From contig JBBEBM010000047.1 of the NCBI GenBank assembly GCA_040882355.1, positions 1 through 64,000 on the forward strand: a stretch of DNA of 64,000 nt. The letters are read 5' to 3'. Positions 47,465 to 56,984 of this stretch are shown here, piece by piece. The notes beneath the pieces were generated by a model. The model worked only from the letters and a program-made list of their open reading frames with translations, did no database searches and had not been told where the DNA came from. Each line of letters opens with the position of its first letter. The first letter of the stretch is position 1. The position numbers were made by a program, and so were the translations under genes. Source of the stretch: Dehalococcoidia bacterium. GTDB taxonomy: Bacteria; Chloroflexota; Dehalococcoidia; DSTF01; RBG-16-68-14.

Positions 47465-48691
47465 ATGCCGGACACTGCCGAATCGCTGCGCTGCCGGGGC
47501 ATGCGCGACCTGCTGCCGCCGGAGATGGCCCGCTTTCGCCGGGTGGAGCGGGCGTTCCTCGCCGCCTGCCGCGCGTCGGGCTACGAGGAGGTGCGCACGC
47601 CGACCATCGAGTACCTGCACCTCTTCACGGCGGCCGGAACGCTCTCGCCCCAGATGTTGCACCGGGTCTACTCGTTCCTGGACTGGGATGGCTGGAGCGG
47701 CGAGCGCGTCGTCCTGCGCCCGGAAGCCACGATCCCGACGGCCCGCCTCTACAGCGAGCGCCTGAGCGGCCCGGCGCGCCTCTGCTACGTCCAGAACGTC
47801 TTTCGCTTCGCCGGCGACGACCAATCTCGCGAAGACTGGCAGTGCGGCGTCGAGCTGATCGGCGCGGGCGGCCCGCCCGCCGACCTGGAGCTGATCCTGC
47901 TCGGCCTGAGCGCTTTAGGGGCGCTCGGCCTCGGCGATGCGGAGGTCGTGCTCTCGCACGCCGGGCTCGTGCGCGCGGTGCTCGCGCGGGCGGGCCTGAC
48001 GCCGGAAGGGCAGTCGGCGTCGTACGACCGGCTTCTCGACGGCGATCTCAGCGTCATCGGCGAAGTGGAGGCGCGCCTGCCGGAGCTGGACGCGCCGCTG
48101 CACCTGCTGTTCGACGTTTCGGGGGCGGGCAGCGGCTACCTGGCGAACGTGCGCGAGGCGCTGCTTCCGGCGCTGCCGGAGCTGGAGCCGCCGCTGAGCG
48201 AGCTGGCAACGCTTGTCCAGGTCCTGGAGGGGCTCGGGCGGACGTGCCGCCTGCAGGCGGCGCTGGCCCGCAGCTTCGAGTACTACTCAGGGCCCGTATT
48301 CCGCTTCTTCATCGGAGACGAGGACGTCGGGGGCGGCGGCCGCTACGATGAGCTGCTCGGCCTCCTGGGCGGCTCACCGACGCCGGCCTCGGGTTTCGTC
48401 CTGTACGCGAACGTGTTAGCGCGCCTGCTGCCCGAAGCGGAGAGCGATGACGTCGCCGCAGTGCTCGTGCGGCCGTCGGACGACCGCGCGGACGGCCTGG
48501 CCGCCGCGCTCCGCCTGGCGCAGGGCCTGCGCGACCGTGGCATCGCCTGCGCGCTGGCGCTCGATGGCGAGGCTGCGGACCGGCAGGTTCAGATGCAGGC
48601 AGACGGCCGGCTGCTGGTGCGCTTGGGCGAGATCGAGCGACCGGTTGACGGCGTCGCGCAGGCCGCGTCGCTGCTCGGAGGGCGCTCGTGA
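47465..48691 (+). CDS. hisZ: ATP phosphoribosyltransferase regulatory subunit
   Basis: HisRS-like GMRDLLP, GYEEVRTPTIEY, VLRPEATIP, QCGVELIG, GGGRYD; directly upstream of hisG. Confidence 0.88.
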   Translation: MPDTAESLRCRGMRDLLPPEMARFRRVERAFLAACRASGYEEVRTPTIEYLHLFTAAGTLSPQMLHRVYSFLDWDGWSGERVVLRPEATIPTARLYSERLSGPARLCYVQNVFRFAGDDQSREDWQCGVELIGAGGPPADLELILLGLSALGALGLGDAEVVLSHAGLVRAVLARAGLTPEGQSASYDRLLDGDLSVIGEVEARLPELDAPLHLLFDVSGAGSGYLANVREALLPALPELEPPLSELATLVQVLEGLGRTCRLQAALARSFEYYSGPVFRFFIGDEDVGGGGRYDELLGLLGGSPTPASGFVLYANVLARLLPEAESDDVAAVLVRPSDDRADGLAAALRLAQGLRDRGIACALALDGEAADRQVQMQADGRLLVRLGEIERPVDGVAQAASLLGGRS

Positions 48692-50088
48692 TCAAGCTGG
48701 CGCTGCCCACGGGCGACCTGCGCAAGCCGCTCGCCGCGCTGCTGGACGGGTCGGGCCTGCACGTCGAGGGTTACGGTGAAGGATCGCGCAGCTATCGCTT
48801 CAGCGCCGGCTCGAACGAGGAAGTCAGCGTTCGCGTCTTTCGCGAGCGCGACATCCCGGTGCAGATCGCGCTTGGCAACTACGATCTGGGCATCTGCGGG
48901 CTCGCCTGGGTGGAAGAGCTGCTCTGCCGCTTTCCGCAGGAGGCCGTCGTGCGGCTGCGCGACATCGACATCGGTGAGGCGAGCGTGTACGTCGCCGCTG
49001 CCGCCTCGCCACGTCCCGCGCCCGGACACTTTCGCATCGTCAGCGAGTACCCGAACCTCGCGGAGGCGCTCGCGGGCTCGCTCCGCCTCTCGGCGTATCG
49101 AGTCGTGCCGCTCTGGGGCTCGGCGCAGGCGTATCCGCCGGAGGACGCCGACCTGGCGCTTGTTACCGCCCCGGACGATTCGATCGTGCGCTCCTGGGGC
49201 CTCCAGCCGCTCGCCGCGCTGCTGAAGGGCGGCGCCTGCCTCGTCGCGAACCGACGAAGCCTCGCGGCGAAGGACGTCGCCAGCGTGCTCGGCCCGCTCC
49301 TGTCGCTGGGGCAGCGGCCGGAAGGGCATCTTGACCTGCCGCGAACGCTGAGCGGCCTGCCTTCGCTGGGCGCTCCCCAAGCTGAACGCGACACTGTGCG
49401 GCTGGCGGTGCCGGACGGCCACCAACAGCCGGGCGCGCTCGCCGTGCTGCGCGAGGCCGGCCTCACGTTCGAGGGCTACGACGATTCGGGCGCCGTCGCG
49501 AGGCCGCGCTCGGACATCGCCGGTCTCGACGTGAAGGTGATCCGCCCGCAGGACATGCCCCAGCAGGTGGCATTGGGCAACTTCGACCTGGCGATCAGCG
49601 GCCGCGACTGGCTGCTCGATCACACGACGCGCTTTCCATCCAGCCCCGTGCGACCGGTGCTCGATCTGGGACGGGCGCGCTACACGCTGGTGGCGACAGC
49701 ATCCGAGGACGTGCCCGGCGACACCATCGGCGAGGCGATCAGCTACTGGCGCTCACGCGGGCGCAGCACGCTGCGCGTCGCTTCGGAGTACGCGAACCTT
49801 GCTGACCGCTATACGCAAGACCGGCGCCTCGGGCGCTGTCAGGTGATCCCGATCGCCGGCGCTTCGGAAGGCTTCGTGCCTGAGGACGCCGAGATCTTGA
49901 TCGAGGGCACGGAGACGGGCACGACGCTCGTCGCGAACCGCCTCAAGGTCATCGACAGCATCTTCGAATCGACGTCGCACCTGCTCGGTTACGAGCAGCC
50001 GCCGGAGGGGCGCCGGCGCGCGGTCTACGACGAGGTTGTGGGCCGGCTGCGCCAGGTCGCCGCTCCGGTGCCCGCGGGAGGCGCGTAG
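48688..50088 (+). CDS. hisG: ATP phosphoribosyltransferase with two tandem short-form HisG domains
   Basis: Two copies of LA.P.G / R..D.P.Q.ALGN.DL.I.G / R..SEY.NLA / PEDA; ETGTTLVANRL only in the second. Confidence 0.88.
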   Translation: MIKLALPTGDLRKPLAALLDGSGLHVEGYGEGSRSYRFSAGSNEEVSVRVFRERDIPVQIALGNYDLGICGLAWVEELLCRFPQEAVVRLRDIDIGEASVYVAAAASPRPAPGHFRIVSEYPNLAEALAGSLRLSAYRVVPLWGSAQAYPPEDADLALVTAPDDSIVRSWGLQPLAALLKGGACLVANRRSLAAKDVASVLGPLLSLGQRPEGHLDLPRTLSGLPSLGAPQAERDTVRLAVPDGHQQPGALAVLREAGLTFEGYDDSGAVARPRSDIAGLDVKVIRPQDMPQQVALGNFDLAISGRDWLLDHTTRFPSSPVRPVLDLGRARYTLVATASEDVPGDTIGEAISYWRSRGRSTLRVASEYANLADRYTQDRRLGRCQVIPIAGASEGFVPEDAEILIEGTETGTTLVANRLKVIDSIFESTSHLLGYEQPPEGRRRAVYDEVVGRLRQVAAPVPAGGA

Positions 50089-50091
50089 CGA

Positions 50092-50844
50092 ATGCCGCCG
50101 CTGGGCATGCACGTGGCGCTCGCGCGCGAGCTGACGGCCGACGTGGCGCATGCGGCCCTGGGCGCCGATACCGGGGCGTACTACCTGGGCGCCACGTCAC
50201 CCGACATCCGCGTGATCACGCGTTGGGACCGCGCTGAGACACACTTCTTCGACCTGGACAACTTCGACGACCAGAGTAGCGTCGCCAGCGTCTTCGCAGC
50301 GCACCCGGAGCTCGCAGCGCCCGAGCGGCTCGACGCGTCGACCGTGTCGTTCCTCTGCGGATACATCACCCATCTCGAGATGGACGAGGCGTGGATCCTC
50401 GACGTCTACCGTCCGTGCTTCGGGGAACGCTCGCCGCTGAAGGGCGACGTGCTCGCGAACCTCCTCGACCGCGTGCTCCAGTTCGAGCTGGACCGGCAGG
50501 AGCGCGAAGGAAGCGGCTGCTTCCAGGAGGTCCGGACCGAGCTGCTCTCGTCCGCCGTGCAGGTAGCGATCGGCTTCATCGACTGCGACACGCTGACGCA
50601 ATGGCGCGACGTGTCGGCGGACGTGCTCTCCCACCCACCGACCTGGGACCGTTTCGGCGTGATCGCGAGCCGGCATCTGCGCAACTATGGCGTGGAGTCG
50701 GAGGAGGACATGGCGCACTTCCTGGACAACATCCCCGACTTGCTCGATCAGTCGATCCGGGAGGTCACGCCGGAGCGGCTCGAGACCTTCCGCGAGCGCT
50801 CGCGGCAACGCGCCCTGGCCGCGGTCCGGGAGTACCTCTGGTGA
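50092..50844 (+). CDS. Zinc-dependent phospholipase C-like protein
   Basis: MP....H, LGATSPD, THFF, GYITHLEMD. Confidence 0.75.
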   Translation: MPPLGMHVALARELTADVAHAALGADTGAYYLGATSPDIRVITRWDRAETHFFDLDNFDDQSSVASVFAAHPELAAPERLDASTVSFLCGYITHLEMDEAWILDVYRPCFGERSPLKGDVLANLLDRVLQFELDRQEREGSGCFQEVRTELLSSAVQVAIGFIDCDTLTQWRDVSADVLSHPPTWDRFGVIASRHLRNYGVESEEDMAHFLDNIPDLLDQSIREVTPERLETFRERSRQRALAAVREYLW

Positions 50845-52166
50845 GGATCGTCGAGGGCGCGGACGAAGGGCGCCGCACACTCCTGCTCCGCCGGCCTGCC
50901 GAGGAGTCGCTGCCGGTGGAGATCTGGCAGCGGACCCAGGAGGCGACGGGCGGCGCAGCGACCGTCGAGGAGGCCGTCCGCCGAATCCTCGCCGATGTCC
51001 GCGAGCACGGCGACGAAGCCGTCCTCCGCTACTGCCGCGCCTTCGATGGGGCGGACTACCCCACGCTTCGCGTCGCCCCGGAGGAGCTCCGGACTGCGTA
51101 CGACCACGTCGAGCCGGAGATCGTCGACGCCCTGCGCTTCGCGGCGGAGCGCGTGCGCGCTTTCCACGAGGAGCAGCGCCGTCACGCGATGCAGAGCTTC
51201 CAGGTCGGCGGCGTGGGCGCTCAGGTGCGCGCGGTCGAGCGGGCGGGCGTCTACGTGCCCGGCACGGTCGCCGTGTATCCATCGTCGCTGCTGATGACGG
51301 CGCTGCCCGCGAAGGCGGCGGGCGTCGACCAGGTGATCGTCGCTTCGCCGGCTGACCCACAGGGCTGCGTCTCGCCGCTGAAGCTCGTCGCGGCCGATCT
51401 CGCTGGCGTCGACTCAATGTTCCGCATGAGCGGCGCCCAGGCGATAGCGGCGCTGGCATACGGAACGGAGAGCGTGCCGAGAGTGGACGTGGTCTGCGGT
51501 CCGGGAAACGTCTTCGTGACGGAGGCGAAGCGCCAGGTCTTCGGAGCCGTGGGCATCGACGCGCTGTACGGGCCGAGCGAGACGATCGTTGTCGCCGATG
51601 AGTCGGCCAGCCCGCTGCTCTGCGCCGCCGACCTGCTTGCGCAGGCGGAGCACGACGAGCTGGCGACTCCGATCCTGATTACGACCTCACGAACGCTGGC
51701 AGAACGGGTCGGCGACGAGGTCGAGCGCCAGCTCGCGCTGCTAGACCGCGAGCGCGTCGCGCGCACGTCGTTCGACGCGCGCGGAGGCGCCATCGTGGTT
51801 TCCTCGATTGACGAGGCGATCGCGCTCGCCGACGAGTTCGCGCCGGAGCACCTCTGTCTCCTCGTGCGCGAGGCGCCGCGGTGGGCGGAACGGGTGCGCA
51901 ACGCCGGGGGGATATTCGTCGGCGAGGGCTCGCCGGAGACGCTAGGCGACTACACCGCCGGGCCGAGCCACGTCATGCCGACGTCGGGCACGGCGCGCTT
52001 CGCCTCGCCGCTGGGCGTGCACGACTTCCTCAAGGTGACGAGTGTCGTCGCCGTCGATGACGCCGTTCTGCGCGATCTGGGCCCGCTCACTGCCCGCATC
52101 GCCCGCGCCGAAGGCCTCACGGCCCACGCCCGTAGCATCGAGCTGCGGCTGGACGAGCAAGCGTAG
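50841..52166 (+). CDS. hisD: Histidinol dehydrogenase
   Basis: GVYVPG, GAQAIAALAYGT, GPGN.FV, GPSE, QAEHD, APEHL, GDYTAGPSHVMPT, EGLTAH. Confidence 0.97.
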   Translation: MRIVEGADEGRRTLLLRRPAEESLPVEIWQRTQEATGGAATVEEAVRRILADVREHGDEAVLRYCRAFDGADYPTLRVAPEELRTAYDHVEPEIVDALRFAAERVRAFHEEQRRHAMQSFQVGGVGAQVRAVERAGVYVPGTVAVYPSSLLMTALPAKAAGVDQVIVASPADPQGCVSPLKLVAADLAGVDSMFRMSGAQAIAALAYGTESVPRVDVVCGPGNVFVTEAKRQVFGAVGIDALYGPSETIVVADESASPLLCAADLLAQAEHDELATPILITTSRTLAERVGDEVERQLALLDRERVARTSFDARGGAIVVSSIDEAIALADEFAPEHLCLLVREAPRWAERVRNAGGIFVGEGSPETLGDYTAGPSHVMPTSGTARFASPLGVHDFLKVTSVVAVDDAVLRDLGPLTARIARAEGLTAHARSIELRLDEQA

Positions 52167-52341
52167 CCACTGGTCCACGGCTATCTGGCTTGTCAGACGC
52201 GTCGAATGTGCGCCCGCTAACCGGCGCTAAAGTCGCCCATTGCCATCGCACAACTACCTTCTCTTCGGTTAGACGAGCCGCGATCACTGTGGTATGCTAC
52301 GCGCTGCATCTCGTGGGAGAATGAGAAGGGAGGTGCCCGGG

Positions 52342-52644
52342 ATGGCACTCAAGATCAACGTCCGCAGAGAATCGGAAGTTCCACGACCGACAGCGGCGGG
52401 GAAAGTCAACGAAGAGCTCGAGGCGCTGAAGTCGAAGATGGCCTCGCTGCCCGCGGGCATGGTGCTCGAGTTGGAAGTGGCGAGCGGTCGCTCGGTGCGC
52501 GGCGCGAAGGCGATGGTGACCCGCGCCGCGAGAGCGCTCGGCGCCGCCTGGCGTCACTGGCACGTCGGTAACCGGGTGTACGCCCAGCCCGCTCGCCGCC
52601 GCAGGCGCCGCCGCGCGGCTCGCGCGACGGCAAAGAAGAAGTAA
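52342..52644 (+). CDS. Small basic hypothetical protein (100 aa, Arg/Lys tail)
   Basis: GGGAGG RBS, upstream TGGTATGCT extended -10. Confidence 0.7.
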   Translation: MALKINVRRESEVPRPTAAGKVNEELEALKSKMASLPAGMVLELEVASGRSVRGAKAMVTRAARALGAAWRHWHVGNRVYAQPARRRRRRRAARATAKKK

Positions 52645-52788
52645 CCGCCGCACTGTCGTCTCGACGCTCGCGAGCGCCCGCGCTGATGTAGGGCGGGTCC
52701 TAACGTATCTCGCAGCCGCCCATCGGGCCGAGATGCGCTAAGCTCTACCTAGCCTTCGCGTGAGCGAAGGACGAAACGACGACGTATT

Positions 52789-53913
52789 GTGACTGCTATG
52801 ACCCGATCTCAGCCCCTTGCCGAAGTGCTCCAGCTCGTTCGGCCCGAGATCCTGGCGCTGATCGGCTACGAGCCGATCGAGCCAAGCGATCTGATCGCCG
52901 AACGGCTCGGTATATCACCAGACCAGGTGCTGAAGCTGGACGGCAACGAGAACCCCTACGGGCCGTCGCTGCACGCTGTCCAGGCGCTAGCCGAGTTCGA
53001 CGGCTACCATCGCTATCCAGACCCGCAGCAACGCCGTCTTCGCGCGGCGCTGGGCGAGTATGTCGGCGTGGGCCCGGAGCACGTCGTGGCGGGCGCCGGC
53101 AGCGACGAGCTGATCGATCTGCTGGTGCGCGCCGCCGTGTCGCCGGGCGATGGCGTGATCGATTGCCCGCCGGCGTTCGGCATGTACGGCTTCCTCACGC
53201 GCGTCGCCGGCGGACGGATCGTTGAGGCGCCGCGACTCCACGACTTTTCGCTCGATATCGATGCTGTCCGGAAGGCTCAGGATGGGTCGAAGATCGTCTT
53301 CGTCGCTTCGCCCAATAACCCGACGGGTAACCCCCTGCTTCGTGCGGAGATCGACTCGCTCTTGGCGACCGGCTTACTGGTGGTTGTCGACGAGGCCTAC
53401 GTGGAGTTTGGCGGCCAGAGCTATGCTTCGCTCGTGGGGGAGCGCGAAAACCTTGTCGTACTGCGCACGTTCAGCAAGTGGGCAGGACTGGCAGGCCTGC
53501 GCGCAGGCTATGGTATCATGCCCGCAGCGCTCGCCGACGTGCTCATGCAGATCAAGCAGCCGTACACGCCGAATATCGCCGCGGAGGTGGCGATGCTCGC
53601 CTCGCTGGATGACCGCGAGCGGCTGATGATGAACGTGCGGTCGATGCTCGAACAGCGTGACCGAATGAGCCGAGCGTTGGCGTCGCTGGAGTTCGTTGAA
53701 GTGTACCCGTCGCAAGCCAACTTCCTCCTCTGTAAGCTCGATGGCATGGGTGCGCGTCAGACGCGCGATCGCCTGGCCGAACGGGGCATCTTCGTGCGCT
53801 TTTTCGAGACGCCGCGACTGCGCGACTGCCTGCGCATCAGCGTCGGGTTGCCCGAGGACACCGACCGCGTCGTCGAGGCGCTGCGAGAGATCGGAGGCAA
53901 GCGTGCCGCCTAA
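52789..53913 (+). CDS. hisC: Histidinol-phosphate aminotransferase
   Basis: LDGNENPYG, RYPD, GSDELI, SPNNPTG, DEAY, RTFSKWAGLAGLR. Confidence 0.96.
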   Translation: MTAMTRSQPLAEVLQLVRPEILALIGYEPIEPSDLIAERLGISPDQVLKLDGNENPYGPSLHAVQALAEFDGYHRYPDPQQRRLRAALGEYVGVGPEHVVAGAGSDELIDLLVRAAVSPGDGVIDCPPAFGMYGFLTRVAGGRIVEAPRLHDFSLDIDAVRKAQDGSKIVFVASPNNPTGNPLLRAEIDSLLATGLLVVVDEAYVEFGGQSYASLVGERENLVVLRTFSKWAGLAGLRAGYGIMPAALADVLMQIKQPYTPNIAAEVAMLASLDDRERLMMNVRSMLEQRDRMSRALASLEFVEVYPSQANFLLCKLDGMGARQTRDRLAERGIFVRFFETPRLRDCLRISVGLPEDTDRVVEALREIGGKRAA

Positions 53914-54508
53914 GCGCCGCCGCGCGGTCGTCGACCGCAAGACCAAGGAGACGCAGGTGCACGTCGAGCTCGACCTGGACGGGCAGGGCGAAGCGAAGGT
54001 CTCGACCGGCGTCGGCATGCTCGACCACCTGCTGTCGCAGATCGGCAAGCACGGAATAATCGACATAACGATCAAGGCCTCCGGCGACCTCCAGACCGAC
54101 GAGCACCACACTGTCGAGGACGTTGGGCTGGCGCTCGGCCGGGCGCTGGACGAAGCGCTCGGCAAGCGTGAGGGCATCGTACGGATGGCGGACACGACGG
54201 TGCCGCTGGACGAGGCGCTCGCGACGGTGGCGGTCGACCTGAGCGGGCGCGGCTATTCGGTCGTCGACGTGGCCTGGACCGGGGAGCGCATCGGCGAGCT
54301 GCCGAGCGACATCATCTCGCACCTGCTCTGGTCGTTCGCGGCCGAAGCGAAGCTGACGTTGAACGCGCGCGTCCTCGCGGGCGTGAACGACCACCACAAG
54401 GCGGAGGCGCTCTTCAAGGCGCTGGGACGCGCCTTGGGCGCCGCCAGCCGCCTGGAGCCGCGCCTCACAGGCAAAGCGCCCAGCACCAAGGGGACCCTCA
54501 AGGCCTAG
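53903..54508 (+). CDS. hisB: Imidazoleglycerol-phosphate dehydratase (monofunctional)
   Basis: RKTKET, DEHHTVED, PLDEAL, NDHHKAEALFK, PSTKG. Confidence 0.97.
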   Translation: MPPKRRRAVVDRKTKETQVHVELDLDGQGEAKVSTGVGMLDHLLSQIGKHGIIDITIKASGDLQTDEHHTVEDVGLALGRALDEALGKREGIVRMADTTVPLDEALATVAVDLSGRGYSVVDVAWTGERIGELPSDIISHLLWSFAAEAKLTLNARVLAGVNDHHKAEALFKALGRALGAASRLEPRLTGKAPSTKGTLKA

Positions 54509-54532
54509 TTCGACCGATCACGCAGGCAAAGA

Positions 54533-54557
54533 GAATGGCCGCGCTAGGCGGCCATTC
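54533..54557. terminator. Hairpin between convergent genes
   Basis: GAATGGCCGC-GCTAG-GCGGCCATTC. Confidence 0.55.
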
Positions 54558-54594
54558 CGATGTCCTCGCCCTGGAGGGTTAGCATGGATGACGG

Positions 54595-54813
54595 CTAGGA
54601 CGCGCGCTGGCTCTCCCGCATCAGGCAGGCGAGGTGGCGCAGCTCCCGCGGGTCGAGCAGCTCGCGGTCGCAGTACTGGTCGGCGGTTTCGCCGAAGTCC
54701 GGCGTACGCAGGCCGAATTCGCCCAGGTCCGAGCCCGCCAGAGCTCCCTTGCACACGGCACAGACGAAGGCCACCTCTTGGTTCGGTGTCTGCGTGGGAA
54801 ACGTGTTGGGCAC
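54595..54813 (-). CDS. Small Cys/His protein (CAVC...HLAC)
   Basis: AGGAGG RBS before GTG 54813; 72 aa. Confidence 0.65.
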   Translation of the reverse strand: MPNTFPTQTPNQEVAFVCAVCKGALAGSDLGEFGLRTPDFGETADQYCDRELLDPRELRHLACLMRESQRAS

Positions 54814-54872
54814 TGCGTACCTCCTGCGTCTGGAGCGTTCGCAGATAGTAACGCGCTTCACCACGCGACGTA

Positions 54873-55589
54873 TCAGGATGCAGAGGTGTCGTCGAGCAGG
54901 CGCAGCAGGCCCTCCGCGCGCTGCCGCGCGGGTTGTGCGGTGTCCGCATCGCTGGCAGTCCGCTCAAGGAACGCCCGCAACTCTCGCGACGCCTCCTCAC
55001 GCCAGCGCTGGGCGTGCTCCTGCGAGAGCGGCTTGTAGGCCTGGAGCTTGCGCGGGCCCTCCGCGCCGCCCTCGGCGATCTGCCAGTCTTTGAACTTGGC
55101 GCCACAACCCACGCGAAACAGCAGCTCGCCCAGGGGGGTCGCCAGGGCGGGCACATTGTGCGCCAGGTCTCGGGCCGTCTCCGCGCGTTGCGTGCTGTCG
55201 TATTCCACCATGACGTGGCCCCCGGCCGGGAGCAGCCCGAGCAGCAGCCTGAGAAGCCGCTCGACTCCGTCCGAGCCGATCGCCAACTCGTCGCCGTCCA
55301 GGAAGGTAGCGCGCTCGCTCGTCTCGGCGATTTCGACCCAGTTGTAGCTCGGAAGCGGCCCGCTGCGATGCAGGCCCTGGAGGACGGGCCGGCTCAGCCT
55401 GCCATCGGACGCTTCGATCACGATGACGAAGTAGCGCGCGCCGAACCGGCTCGTCGGGCCCAGGAAGACGCGCGCCGGGACGCCGACAAGCTCCTGCCCG
55501 TCCAGCGCAGCGAGCGGATGGCTGGGCTCGCGATCGACGGGGATCCAGCGTCCCGGCAGACCCGGGACCGGTGATGGCTCTCGGTTCAT
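54873..55589 (-). CDS. DUF1122 family protein
   Basis: YNWVE, GGHVMVEY, TPLG.LL...G, FKDW.IAEGG.EGPRKLQ. Confidence 0.75.
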   Translation of the reverse strand: MNREPSPVPGLPGRWIPVDREPSHPLAALDGQELVGVPARVFLGPTSRFGARYFVIVIEASDGRLSRPVLQGLHRSGPLPSYNWVEIAETSERATFLDGDELAIGSDGVERLLRLLLGLLPAGGHVMVEYDSTQRAETARDLAHNVPALATPLGELLFRVGCGAKFKDWQIAEGGAEGPRKLQAYKPLSQEHAQRWREEASRELRAFLERTASDADTAQPARQRAEGLLRLLDDTSAS

Positions 55590-55673
55590 CAGGCGCGATC
55601 AGTCTAACAAGCAGCTCCCGCTGCGGGCACGGTTGACAGGGTGCGTGGGTGTGCCGGACACTGGAGTTGGACG

Positions 55674-55973
55674 ATGGAACAGAAGCCAGCGGTCTCGATC
55701 GAGTACTGTACCGTCTGCAACTTCCTGGGCCGCGCCGCCTGGCTAGGCCAGGAGGTGCTGGCCGCGTACGGCGCCGACCTGGCCGAAGTGACGCTGATCC
55801 CGGCCCGCGACGGCGTCTTCATCGTGCGCATCGATGGCGAAACCGTCTTCTCCTACAGGGAGGCGAATCGCTTCCCCGAGCCGAAAGAGGTCAAAGAGCT
55901 CCTGGCGGCGAGGCTGGGCAGGGAGCCGAAGCCGCGTCATCAGAATCGAAAAGCAGAGCAGGACTCGACATAA
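55674..55973 (+). CDS. SelT/SelW/SelH (Rdx) family protein
   Basis: IEYCTVCNFLGRAAWLGQE, G.F.V, RFPEPKE. Confidence 0.9.
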   Translation: MEQKPAVSIEYCTVCNFLGRAAWLGQEVLAAYGADLAEVTLIPARDGVFIVRIDGETVFSYREANRFPEPKEVKELLAARLGREPKPRHQNRKAEQDST

Positions 55974-56075
55974 CGCTGGAATTCGGGTAGGCGGTCTCGC
56001 AAACACGAAAGATTCGGTCAGGTTTGGTCGTTAATAGCAGTGGAAGCCCCGCCAAGTTCGCGGGGGTGAAGGCAT

Positions 56076-56870
56076 ATGGCCAAACAACCCGAAGCCGCGT
56101 CGCCGTTCCAGGACTACTATCAGGTGCTGCATCTGCAGCCTGAGGCGGACGCTGCCATGCTGGACCAGGCCTACTGGCACCTGGCCCGTCTCTACAATGC
56201 GGCGATCCCAACGGACTCCGACGCCAAAGAGAGGCTGGACGAGCTGAACGAGGCGTACAGCGTCCTCCGCTCGCCCTCACTCCGAAAAGAGTACGACCGC
56301 GTGCGTGACACGGTTATCGCGCGCGACCTGATGCCGCTGCTCGGCAAGCAGGAGCCTCAGGGAGACCCGCTGCCGCTGACGATCATGGGCCGCAAGAAGG
56401 CGCGGGCCCGCGCAGACAGTGACGACGGCGGCGAGCGACAGCGACCCACGATCTCTGTGCCCCGAGTCGACATGTCCGCGTTCCGGGCGCCGGTCTGGCA
56501 GAGCTTCATCGGTGCGGTCGTTATCGTGACTATCGCCGGCGCGGCGCTCGCCAGCGGCCTGCAGCCAGCGCTGGTGATCGGCCTGGCGAGCATCGGCCTG
56601 GGGCTAAGTATGCTGCCGCTGATCCGCAGCCTGCCGAGCTGGCCGGTGCTACCGCGTCCGGCGCTCAACCTGCCAACCATCAAGGCGCCCAAGCTGCCCG
56701 AACGCAGCACGCTGCCATCGATGGACGCCGACTCGCTCCGTCGCGAGACCGAGGCGATGCGCGCGCGCTGGCGTCAGGGCGACAACGTCAGCCCGCTCGA
56801 TGGCCCGCCGCCCGGCATGCCGTCCTCCTGGACCGGGCCGCAGTCCCAGCAAGACGTCGACCAGCAGTAG
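56076..56870 (+). CDS. J-domain-like membrane protein lacking HPD
   Basis: DYYQVL..AYWHLARLYNAA..LNEAYSVL..RKEYD; two TM helices. Confidence 0.8.
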   Translation: MAKQPEAASPFQDYYQVLHLQPEADAAMLDQAYWHLARLYNAAIPTDSDAKERLDELNEAYSVLRSPSLRKEYDRVRDTVIARDLMPLLGKQEPQGDPLPLTIMGRKKARARADSDDGGERQRPTISVPRVDMSAFRAPVWQSFIGAVVIVTIAGAALASGLQPALVIGLASIGLGLSMLPLIRSLPSWPVLPRPALNLPTIKAPKLPERSTLPSMDADSLRRETEAMRARWRQGDNVSPLDGPPPGMPSSWTGPQSQQDVDQQ

Positions 56871-56984
56871 AGCGCCTTCCGGCGGCCGGCCTGGGCGCTG
56901 AGTCGCGCACCGGCACGTGCTGCAAATGATCGCACTATATATGTTATGTGCGAACGAAAGCTGGGATCTGAGGTCCGGCCAGCT

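Noticed and set aside
47465..48691. Histidyl-tRNA synthetase
   Set aside because: Position overlapping hisG and a degenerate motif 2/C-terminus favour HisZ.
55674..55973. Possible selenoprotein
   Set aside because: The motif is CTVC with Cys codons; no in-frame TGA.
55974..56075. Possible riboswitch before the J-like gene
   Set aside because: Only a short hairpin near the RBS; no convincing match to a known aptamer by eye.
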